A DNA stretch of 11,123 nt. It comes from Candidatus Woesearchaeota archaeon (GTDB lineage: Archaea; Nanobdellota; Nanobdellia; Woesearchaeales; UBA10107). The notes beneath the pieces are model-generated. The model did not search any database. It saw only the letters and a list, made by a program, of their open reading frames with translations, and was not told where the DNA came from. Each line of letters begins with the position of its first letter. Position 1 is the stretch's first letter. Positions 1 through 6,058 of the stretch are shown in pieces. Location of the stretch: the NCBI GenBank assembly GCA_013331965.1, contig DUFL01000011.1, positions 1-11,123 on the forward strand. The letters run 5' to 3'. Made by a program: the position numbers and the translations under genes.

Positions 1-77
1 TCGTTGCTGAGCCAAGTCCCTCCCCAGCAAAATTATTTTAAGTTCATAATGGGTCTCGTGAATTGACGGCAAAATGT

Positions 78-1640
78 TTAAATCTTTTCAAACTTAGTTA
101 AGCTCATCTGGCCCTTTCTTTTTCCTGGTTTTATTTCAATATTGACTTTTTCTCCGACCTGTTCCTTTATGCTTTTGGCAGCTGCCTCTCCAACTAAGAA
201 TTTCAATTTTGCGAAATCCGCTTTTTTCACATCTCCGGTATCTTTTATTCCGTTGCTGAACAGTCTCCTCGCTCTTGCCCTTCCTATTTCTCTCAGTCTT
301 ACCAGCGGCAGCAATTCTTCTTTTATTCCGTATTTCAGCCTGAATCTTAATTTCGAGACTTCTCTTGCAAAAAAAGTCTTTTCAGATAATTTTGCAAGTT
401 CTTCATTCGCATACAAAAGCCAGTCAGCAAGCTCTATCTTGGATCTTGATTCTCCCGGTCTTACATCATACTTTTCCAATAAGAATTCATCATCTTTCTC
501 ATTGATCCAGTCAGAAAAAAACGAGGCTGTTTTGACCGAATTCATGAACTCATCGTGGTCTTCTTCAAATTCTGCTGGTTCTTTTGATAATAATTCATCC
601 TCTTTTTCAACGATCAATGAAGTATATTCTTCATATTCTTTAGCTTTTACATTCAATTTTGGCCTTATCTCAAGAGTGTTTGAAATCAGATGCAGCAGTC
701 CGAATGAAGAGGGATTTTTATCTGTTTTTTTGATGCAGGTTATGAATTCATGTGCGGTCAATGGGTCTATATACAGCTGAGCGACTCTTTTCCCTATTTC
801 AGTCGCATGAAGCTCGTCATTTAATTCATCGGCGGAAACGAAATCGGATTTCGACTTTTTTGTTTCTATGAATCCAAATTCCTCGAGCAGATGCAGCATT
901 TTGTCTATTATCTTCTTTATCCTTGTCATATCTTCGTATTGATGCGCCCAGAATGTTTTTGAGAAAAACTCAACTAATTTCTCTCTTGAATTCACAAAGT
1001 TTGATGCGACCAGGCTTAAAACATAAGTTCTCAAGACAGGCTCAACTGCTAATTTTGAGGTTATGTCCTCAGGATTTCCATTTATGTAGTTTTCAACTAT
1101 GTGTTCTTTTTCATTTTCTGTCGCAGTAATGACGATGCTCTGTCCTTCTGTATCGTATTTTGGGCGGCCGGCTCTTCCGGACATTTGCAGATATTCAAGA
1201 ACCGGAATGTAAGTGTATCCTCTTGGTGTGAATCTTTTTAGATCACGAATTATTGCTCTATAAGCGGGTACATCAATTCCAGCGGCCAACGTTGGCGTGG
1301 CACAAATAATCTTTATTTTTCCATTTCTAAAATTATCAACAATTGATTCTTTTTGTTTGCTTGTTAGTCCGGCATGGTGAAATGCAATTCCCTGTTTTAC
1401 TATTTCAGAGAGCCTTTCACACTGTCTTGTCGGTTTTCCTAAATCATGCAGTATCTCATCTGCAAGCTCTTCATTTTGATTTGCGTTTGATTTTTTAAGA
1501 AATTTAGCGATGTCCTCTGCTGTCTTTTCAGCGCTTCTTTTCGTATTTACGAAAACCAAAGCCTGCTTTCCTAATTTTAATGTGTCTAAAACTAAGTCTA
1601 TTGTTTCATCATTGGTTTTTTGCTCTATGCTTAGAATCAT
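78..1640 (-). CDS. hel308: Ski2/Hel308-family DNA helicase, C-terminal portion only (RecA2 from motif IV, winged-helix, ratchet and HhH domains); RecA1 domain absent
   Basis: Motif IV-like ALVFVNTKR, motif V TPTLAAGIDVPA and motif VI QMSGRAGR are present, as is a C-terminal helix-hairpin-helix region (LREIGRARARRLFSNGI). There is no Walker A, DExH or SAT motif. ATG at 1638-1640; an in-frame TAA two codons upstream (1644-1646) closes the frame. Confidence 0.85.
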   Translation of the reverse strand: MILSIEQKTNDETIDLVLDTLKLGKQALVFVNTKRSAEKTAEDIAKFLKKSNANQNEELADEILHDLGKPTRQCERLSEIVKQGIAFHHAGLTSKQKESIVDNFRNGKIKIICATPTLAAGIDVPAYRAIIRDLKRFTPRGYTYIPVLEYLQMSGRAGRPKYDTEGQSIVITATENEKEHIVENYINGNPEDITSKLAVEPVLRTYVLSLVASNFVNSREKLVEFFSKTFWAHQYEDMTRIKKIIDKMLHLLEEFGFIETKKSKSDFVSADELNDELHATEIGKRVAQLYIDPLTAHEFITCIKKTDKNPSSFGLLHLISNTLEIRPKLNVKAKEYEEYTSLIVEKEDELLSKEPAEFEEDHDEFMNSVKTASFFSDWINEKDDEFLLEKYDVRPGESRSKIELADWLLYANEELAKLSEKTFFAREVSKLRFRLKYGIKEELLPLVRLREIGRARARRLFSNGIKDTGDVKKADFAKLKFLVGEAAAKSIKEQVGEKVNIEIKPGKRKGQMSLTKFEKI

Positions 1641-1662
1641 ATGTTATTCTTAATAATGTCAG

Positions 1663-1670
1663 TTTAAAAA
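1663..1670 (-). promoter_or_regulatory. TATA-like box (TTTTTAAA on minus strand) 23-30 nt upstream of the truncated helicase ATG
   Basis: A/T octamer in the 42-nt gap between the ParB-like stop (1683) and the helicase ATG (1640). Spacing matches the other putative promoters in the window. Confidence 0.4.
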
Positions 1671-1682
1671 TCTTCCAGTTTT

Positions 1683-2690
1683 TTAATCATATGTTCCGTC
1701 TGCAAATGTTTTTATTATTGGTCCTTTGTATTTATCATCAATTGCGCCTTTTTTTCTTCCGTATTCAGATATTGCCAAACCAACTAATCCCAGTCTTTCC
1801 GCCATTTGAATGATTGATTTGTTTCTTAGTAATTTCATGTTCGGATTTTCTTTTGCCAATTCAAGCACTCTTTGCAAAAAGTATGCTCCGGCTACTCCGT
1901 TTTGATGCACAGGTTTTGTTAGCATATCAACTATGCTTTTCGCTTGTTCTTCCGTTGTTATTTCAAATCCGGGCAGGTTTTCCTGAGATCTGTCTGCTAT
2001 TATCTGATTTACCCGTTCTCTTGCTCTTTTTTCATCCCACTTATGAGCAAGTGCAGAATAAATTAGTCCTCTTCTTGAATCTTGTTCATTAATCCTGCAT
2101 ATTTCTACCGCAACTTTATATGGTAGAACTCTTTGTTTGGCTAATTTCTGAACATCGCTCGGCAAAGTTACAAATTTTAATGCATCAGAAACAACAGAGT
2201 CTGATTTTCCAATTATGTCTCCAAAATCTTTTATTGTTAAAGGTTTTCCTTCAATTAACTGATGTTCTTTTTTTAATAATTTATACAAATGTGCATATGC
2301 AATTGCAGATTCTGCCGCATTTACCGGTTCATATGAATTTTCAGAAAATTGAATTGCGCATACCTGTGAAATTCCCAAATTGCTGTATATGTTCGCTCTT
2401 ATCTTTGAATATTCTTTTCCGTATTTGTCACGAAGAATATTGTATGCTCTAAATCTTCTTTCTCCGGCGATGAGGTCGTATGTTTGTCTTTCATTTTTAT
2501 GATTTACAATTACTGGATTAAGCAAACGTTTAATACGTCTTATGTTATTTGCCAGTTTTTGAATTTTTTCAGGGTCAAATGTTTTTCTCATTTGAGGGTG
2601 GACTCTTATGCTGTCTAATGGAATGTATTTGTCGACAGGAATCTGTGCTAAAAGAAGCTCTAATTTACTCTTTTTGTCCTTATCACTCAT
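1683..2690 (-). CDS. ParB/Spo0J-like protein (ParB N-terminal domain + HTH) with an uncharacterised C-terminal region of about 130 aa
   Basis: Box I/II region PLDSIRVHPQMRKTFDPEKIQKLANNI...LLNPVIVN...YDLIAGERRFRA (GERRxRA signature). HTH-like segment TIKDFGDIIGKSDSVVSDALKFVTLPSDVQ. I place the start at ATG 2688-2690, with a TATA-like box 25-32 nt upstream. The ORF-track start at 2738 is a GTG. Confidence 0.8.
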   Translation of the reverse strand: MSDKDKKSKLELLLAQIPVDKYIPLDSIRVHPQMRKTFDPEKIQKLANNIRRIKRLLNPVIVNHKNERQTYDLIAGERRFRAYNILRDKYGKEYSKIRANIYSNLGISQVCAIQFSENSYEPVNAAESAIAYAHLYKLLKKEHQLIEGKPLTIKDFGDIIGKSDSVVSDALKFVTLPSDVQKLAKQRVLPYKVAVEICRINEQDSRRGLIYSALAHKWDEKRARERVNQIIADRSQENLPGFEITTEEQAKSIVDMLTKPVHQNGVAGAYFLQRVLELAKENPNMKLLRNKSIIQMAERLGLVGLAISEYGRKKGAIDDKYKGPIIKTFADGTYD

Positions 2691-2714
2691 TTTGTTTTTA
2701 GTATTGGCAGTTAG

Positions 2715-2722
2715 TATAAAAA
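2715..2722 (-). promoter_or_regulatory. TATA-like box (TTTTTATA on minus strand) upstream of the ParB-like gene
   Basis: Located 25-32 nt upstream of ATG 2690, in the short gap after the LAGLIDADG stop (2735). Confidence 0.4.
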
Positions 2723-2734
2723 TAATTCGTTGTC

Positions 2735-3385
2735 TCACTTAGAAGACAAATACTCGTCCCACTTTGTTATGTGTTTCGAGTTTTTAGGAGAAACGATGTT
2801 AAACCACCTAGAAACCATCTCTCTGCCTCTTATTGATATACAATATATTGTACTCCAGTTATCTTTATCTCTGTTCTGCACATACCTCGTTGTTCTTATG
2901 CCGAGGCTCAAGCACATCACCTTAATTTTTTCTGAGAGTTTATTGCATGCTATTCTAATCTCTGCCCGAGGATAAGGCCTGCCTCTTTTATTTTCTATGT
3001 AAATGCAACCATCTGTGTCAAATATGCCTCGTAAAAAAGCAATTTTAAGATTATTATCGTTAAGTATCTCTGTCGGTATTTTATAATCAATTTTCTTTCC
3101 AAGTGGCAACTTTAATTTTTTATTTTTAAAGCTAACCAATGTATTGTTCCAAATTTGAAAACCAAAAACTCCCGTTTTGGGCATTTCTCTTAGGTGAATA
3201 TCGATATTATACACTTTTTTAAAAATCGGTTTAATTCGTTCTAGATAATGTTTTCTATCATCTTTGATGTGCCCTCTTAGCTGATATAATCCTCTCTTTT
3301 TGTAGAAATTCATGCTACCATCGCCAGCATGCCATCCTGTTTCTTCAGCTAATTCGGCAGTCCATTTTTTCGGTAAATTTATCAT
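2735..3385 (-). CDS. Free-standing double-motif LAGLIDADG homing endonuclease
   Basis: Two LAGLIDADG motifs: LAEETGWHAGDGS near the N-terminus and IAFLRGIFDTDGC about 110 aa later. I place the start at ATG 3383-3385 (MINLPKKW...). The ORF-track extension to a GTG at 3511 runs through the tRNA-Ile gene. No Hint/intein blocks flank it. Confidence 0.8.
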   Translation of the reverse strand: MINLPKKWTAELAEETGWHAGDGSMNFYKKRGLYQLRGHIKDDRKHYLERIKPIFKKVYNIDIHLREMPKTGVFGFQIWNNTLVSFKNKKLKLPLGKKIDYKIPTEILNDNNLKIAFLRGIFDTDGCIYIENKRGRPYPRAEIRIACNKLSEKIKVMCLSLGIRTTRYVQNRDKDNWSTIYCISIRGREMVSRWFNIVSPKNSKHITKWDEYLSSK

Positions 3386-3406
3386 AGAACTAAAGTGGCG
3401 ATTCTG

Positions 3407-3415
3407 ATTTAAATA
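3407..3415 (-). promoter_or_regulatory. TATA-like box (TATTTAAAT on minus strand) upstream of the LAGLIDADG gene
   Basis: Located 22-30 nt upstream of ATG 3385, between the tRNA-Ile oligo-T tract and the CDS. Confidence 0.4.
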
Positions 3416-3438
3416 GCTCACGCGCGGTTGTCCAGTGG

Positions 3439-3450
3439 AAAAATAAAAAA
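3439..3450 (-). terminator. Oligo-T tract (TTTTTTATTTTT on minus strand) immediately after the tRNA-Ile discriminator base
   Basis: Archaeal RNA polymerase terminates at T-runs, and this tract starts at the first base after A73. CCA is not encoded. Confidence 0.45.
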
Positions 3451-3546
3451 TGAGCCCGGCGTGATTTGAACACGCGGCCGCCCGAGTATCAGTTTCACCT
3501 TTGTTTTTCACAAAGCGGGTGCTCCACCAGGCTAAGCTACGGGCTC
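3451..3546 (-). tRNA. tRNA-Ile (anticodon GAU) with a 22-nt intron at non-canonical position 30/31
   Basis: Minus-strand cloverleaf: acceptor GAGCCCG/CGGGCTC, D arm GCTT-AGCCTGGTG-GAGC, T arm GCGTG-TTCAAAT-CACGC, discriminator A. Removing 3494-3515 gives anticodon stem CCCGA/TCGGG and loop CTGATAC. The spliced sequence closely resembles my recollection of typical archaeal tRNA-Ile(GAU). Confidence 0.8.
3494..3515 (-). other. tRNA-Ile intron (22 nt, CTTTGTGAAAAACAAAGGTGAA) in a relaxed bulge-helix-bulge fold
   Basis: Central 4-bp helix: exon CACC (nt 25-28) pairs with intron GGTG. Two 3-nt bulges, CG|C and AA|A, each have the inferred cut after their 2nd nt. Inner helix TTTG/CAAA with a 7-nt loop. 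The outer helix is only 2 bp. Confidence 0.7.
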
Positions 3547-3559
3547 ATTGAATATGAAG

Positions 3560-3662
3560 CGCCCCCGCGCAGACTCGAACTGCGGACCTCATGAGTTGTC
3601 GCTCTATGGCTTAAACCATATGCATTAACAGTCATGCGCTCTACCTGCTGAGCTACGGGGGC
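3560..3662 (-). tRNA. tRNA-Asn (anticodon GUU) with a 30-nt intron in the anticodon loop (38/39, or 37/38)
   Basis: Acceptor GCCCCCG/CGGGGGC, D arm GCTC-AGCAGGTA-GAGC, anticodon stem CATGA/TCATG, loop CTGTTAA, variable AGGTC, T arm CGCAG-TTCGAGT-CTGCG, discriminator G. A 13-nt spacer separates it from tRNA-Ile. Confidence 0.85.
3595..3624 (-). other. tRNA-Asn intron (30 nt)
   Basis: Central helix: T33-G34-T35-T36 pairs with intron GACA (one G-U pair). 5' bulge AA|T. Inner helix GC..TATGG/CCATA..GC with loop TTTAAG. The 3' bulge AC|T lies next to the anticodon stem. Splicing at 38/39 restores the loop CTGTTAA. Confidence 0.65.
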
Positions 3663-3694
3663 ATTTAGCCTGTTTTTAAAGTGTTTTATGTTTG

Positions 3695-3702
3695 TTTATA
3701 TA
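3695..3702 (-). promoter_or_regulatory. TATA-like box (TATATAAA on minus strand) upstream of the tRNA-Asn/tRNA-Ile pair
   Basis: Lies 33-40 nt upstream of the mature tRNA-Asn 5' end, in the 49-nt gap after the stop of the 3712..4164 gene. This implies a short 5' leader and co-transcription of both tRNAs. Confidence 0.4.
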
Positions 3703-3711
3703 GTTTTCTGC

Positions 3712-4164
3712 TTAGGATAAGAAGTAGTTTCTCACTATCAATGCAACAACCCCAAGAAGCAGATAAATCCAGGTTTTCTTCAAAACTTTAACATAACTTC
3801 CTTTTATCAAACTTCCTGATGGAAATCCATACAGGAAAATTAAAACGCTCATCAAGAATGTCGGATTCAACCCAAATAAAACTCCGAAGACATATAGATC
3901 CGATGCTGGTTTGGATGTTTTCTCTCTAAACCTTCTCCATATTATAACTAAAATAATTATTAAAGCATAAAGAGTTATTTTAAACAGGAGAGAGAATGGG
4001 GTCATGACTAAGAATAATAAAAAAATAATTACTGACAAACTTATTTTTAAGATTTGAAGATTTTTCCTCCCAGCTTCAACCTCTTCCTTTGCAGCCTTAG
4101 ATAGATATTTCCCGATAAAAATTCCTGAATAAGATATAAGCAATGCAAGAAGCTCTGTTATCAT
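3712..4164 (-). CDS. Small polytopic membrane protein (4-5 predicted TM helices), no recognisable family
   Basis: Hydrophobic segments ELLALLISYSGIFIG, ISLSVIIFLLFLVMTPFSLLF, ITLYALIIILVIIW, LYVFGVLFGLNPTFLMSVLIFLYGF and WIYLLLGVVALIV. Its ATG overlaps the upstream stop as ATGA (4161-4164). Confidence 0.65.
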   Translation of the reverse strand: MITELLALLISYSGIFIGKYLSKAAKEEVEAGRKNLQILKISLSVIIFLLFLVMTPFSLLFKITLYALIIILVIIWRRFREKTSKPASDLYVFGVLFGLNPTFLMSVLIFLYGFPSGSLIKGSYVKVLKKTWIYLLLGVVALIVRNYFLS

Positions 4165-4424
4165 CTAGGCCTCTTGTTGAAATAGGTATGGCCGAAATGA
4201 ATCAGAAGGTCAACTCCGTGTTTTTCAAGCCCTCTTGGTAAATCACACGCTCCAAAACAGCTTCCTCCCCATATAAGCACCCTTGCTTTGGTGTTGTTTT
4301 CAATCTTATCCTGGACTTCTTTCGCTTTTTGCTTTAATCCGTCAGGAAGCTGGATACATACCACTTTAGCTTTTTCTTTCTTAACAAGTTCAACAACATT
4401 ATCAAGCTCTAAGTCGTATTCCAT
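4161..4424 (-). CDS. dph2: Dph2 (diphthamide synthesis, 2-(3-amino-3-carboxypropyl)histidine synthase) N-terminal domain fragment, 87 aa
   Basis: YDLELDNVVELVKKEKAKVVCIQLPDGLK...IWGGSCFGACDLPRGLEKHGVDLLIHFGHTY matches my recollection of the N-terminal ~95 residues of archaeal Dph2 (P. horikoshii type: ...RVLIQSPEGL...YGACD...CDALIHLGHSY). The ORF then stops. I place the start at ATG 4422-4424; the ORF-track start at 4460 is a TTG that overlaps the upstream gene. Confidence 0.75.
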   Translation of the reverse strand: MEYDLELDNVVELVKKEKAKVVCIQLPDGLKQKAKEVQDKIENNTKARVLIWGGSCFGACDLPRGLEKHGVDLLIHFGHTYFNKRPR

Positions 4425-4425
4425 C

Positions 4426-4722
4426 TTATTCACAGAATCTAATTGTTTCCTTGTTGACAACTACTCCGAAATTTCCTTTGCATAAAAACAAATCATCTTT
4501 GTACGGACCGCATCCCTGGCTTTGTTTTATCGCAGCGCAGCATTGTTCGATATCCGAAGTAATCATCTCTCCGCTTTTCATTATATAGCATTCAGCGTTC
4601 GAATATGTCGTTTTTGCGGTTATTGTCGGAGTCTTGCTGAACGCCACAAAACTCAGTCCGATAAGGATTAATGCAGTTGTTAAGATAACTATAAATTGGG
4701 TTGATTCGGCTTTGTTGTTCAT
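4426..4722 (-). CDS. Small N-terminally anchored or secreted cysteine-rich protein (98 aa), orphan
   Basis: Short polar N-terminus MNNKAES, then a 21-aa hydrophobic helix and a ~68-aa domain with six Cys (AEC, QCC, GCG, LCK, FCE). Its stop lies 1 nt before the dph2-fragment ATG. Confidence 0.6.
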   Translation of the reverse strand: MNNKAESTQFIVILTTALILIGLSFVAFSKTPTITAKTTYSNAECYIMKSGEMITSDIEQCCAAIKQSQGCGPYKDDLFLCKGNFGVVVNKETIRFCE

Positions 4723-4754
4723 AAGTTAATTGTAAGAATGACTGTTTTTAAGCT

Positions 4755-5984
4755 TTACTTTCCTTTAATAATCGCATAAGCTCTCAATGCCATTCCAATT
4801 ACGAATGAAGCAACAGCTCCGATTGCCAATCTGTCCATAAGCAATTGATTTCCTATGTAGAATGAGTATATGCTTCCAATTAATGCAGCAAAAGCCGCAA
4901 AGATCAGGAAATTTCCAAAGACATATTTCTTTCTGTGCGAGACTGATTTAGCAGCATGTGCCATTCTTTTTGCAGGTGCTTTTGTATCAAGAACAACACT
5001 TGCTCCGTAAGTGTCGTCTTCAGGAACTTCCTGTTTTTCAAGATTTCTTTCAATCTGCCTTAATTCTCTTGTGAAATCAACAGAAGAAACTTTGTTTCTT
5101 AAGTCTTTCTTCACATCTTCAATCTCTTTTCTTGTAGCGTAAGTTTTTGCGTCTCCAAGTCTTGACATATCTTTTCTTACATCGTTGAATTCATCGCTTA
5201 TGTCGTTAATTAATCCTTTTATCTGGTTTACAGATATGTTTTCTTTGTTCTGCTTCTTCAATGAGGATATCTCGTTTGACATTCCTTCAAATTCTTTGTT
5301 GATATCATCAAGTATCTTTTTGACTTCAGTATCTTTAACGAAAGATGCTTCTCTTTTAGCAACAGCTTCTATATCTTTTCTTATTGAAGCAAAGTCTTTG
5401 CTTACGTCATTGAGAACGCCTTTTATGTCGTCTTTTGTGACGCAGGCCTTTCTTAAGTTTGCAAGATCTTCGTTTGTCGATGCGATTCTTTTCGCCAAAA
5501 ATCTTGTATGTTCTTCAATGTCCTGCCTTCTCAACAAATCTCTTCTCTGTTCAGCTTCTCTTACGATTACTGCCATTCTGTTTAGTTCAGAATTAATCTG
5601 CTCGACGACAGTTTTCATTTGAGTCTCAGAAACATTTTTCCTGTTGACATCGTCAATCTTGACATTCAGCGCAGCAACTTTCGCTGAAAGCTCATCTGTG
5701 GCTTCCTGCAGAGTTTTTGAGCCGCCCATGACTCTTAATTGTTTTTCTAAATCCCAGACTTTTTTCAGTCCTTCGTTTATCTCTCCTATCTTGATTTTTA
5801 AAACATTGAACTTGTCGGTTGTCACAACTTCGGTTCTTGCGGCATCAAGGTTCTTTTTAAGAGTCAATTGCTGTTCAGCTTGGCTGCTTAAAGCGAACTT
5901 TATCTCATTCATGTCTTTCTTTATATTGCCGAAAGAATTCTCAAGCGCTCTGTTGAGCTGTGCTATTGACTTAGTGTTTAACAT
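4755..5984 (-). CDS. Long coiled-coil protein with a C-terminal two-helix membrane anchor (409 aa), no recognisable family
   Basis: About 350 aa of K/E/D-rich heptad-like sequence, then KSVSHRKKY followed by two hydrophobic helices (FGNFLIFAAFAALIGSIYSFYIG and LAIGAVASFVIGMALRAYAII). ATG at 5982-5984 with a TATA-like box 24-31 nt upstream. Confidence 0.8.
   Translation of the reverse strand: MLNTKSIAQLNRALENSFGNIKKDMNEIKFALSSQAEQQLTLKKNLDAARTEVVTTDKFNVLKIKIGEINEGLKKVWDLEKQLRVMGGSKTLQEATDELSAKVAALNVKIDDVNRKNVSETQMKTVVEQINSELNRMAVIVREAEQRRDLLRRQDIEEHTRFLAKRIASTNEDLANLRKACVTKDDIKGVLNDVSKDFASIRKDIEAVAKREASFVKDTEVKKILDDINKEFEGMSNEISSLKKQNKENISVNQIKGLINDISDEFNDVRKDMSRLGDAKTYATRKEIEDVKKDLRNKVSSVDFTRELRQIERNLEKQEVPEDDTYGASVVLDTKAPAKRMAHAAKSVSHRKKYVFGNFLIFAAFAALIGSIYSFYIGNQLLMDRLAIGAVASFVIGMALRAYAIIKGK
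5166..5429 (-). repeat. Three ~34-codon repeats inside the coiled-coil CDS
   Basis: DIKGVLNDVSKDFASIRKDI (aa 186-205), VKKILDDINKEFEGMSNEI (aa 221-239) and QIKGLINDISDEFNDVRKDM (aa 254-273). A weaker copy, MKTVVEQINSELNRM, lies near aa 123. Confidence 0.55.
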
Positions 5985-6007
5985 CAGCGCTAACCAAACC
6001 TAATTTA

Positions 6008-6015
6008 TATATAAA
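6008..6015 (-). promoter_or_regulatory. TATA-like box (TTTATATA on minus strand) upstream of the coiled-coil membrane-anchored gene
   Basis: Part of the near-palindromic tttatatataaa at 6004-6015, 24-31 nt upstream of ATG 5984. Confidence 0.45.
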
Positions 6016-6058
6016 GCTTTTGTTTTTTCACTATATGCAAGTGGTTAAAATTGGCATT

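Noticed and set aside
1-66. GC-rich segment at the left edge (GCTGAGCCAAGTCCCTCCCCAGC, an imperfect hairpin followed by AAAATTATTTT), considered as a tRNA 3' end, another structured RNA or a CDS end.
   Set aside because: I could not fit a T arm and acceptor stem in any register on either strand. Plus-strand frames are also open to stops at 37-39 and 64-66, so it could be the end of a convergent CDS. It is truncated by the window edge and cannot be resolved here.
1683-2690. A complete ParABS partition locus.
   Set aside because: No Walker-type ParA gene is adjacent on either side, and I saw no parS-like inverted repeat nearby. The only GTTTCAC-like strings fall inside the tRNA-Ile intron and are explained by it.
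2735-3385. LAGLIDADG domain as an intein or as an intron-encoded ORF of the neighbouring tRNA or helicase.
   Set aside because: It is a separate ORF with its own start, stop and promoter-like box. No Hint/splicing blocks flank it, and it lies outside both tRNA introns, which are only 22 and 30 nt long.
3386-3511. N-terminal 42-aa extension of the LAGLIDADG ORF given in the ORF track.
   Set aside because: It starts at a GTG and runs through the tRNA-Ile gene and its oligo-T tract. The first LAGLIDADG motif follows shortly after the internal ATG at 3385, which has its own TATA-like box.
3451-3546. Alternative reading of this gene as tRNA-Thr(UGU) with a canonical 37/38 intron.
   Set aside because: It requires a C31/U39 mismatch in the anticodon stem, and I could draw no bulge-helix-bulge around the implied splice sites. 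The 30/31 model gives a perfect stem, a CUGAUAC loop and symmetric cuts in two 3-nt bulges.
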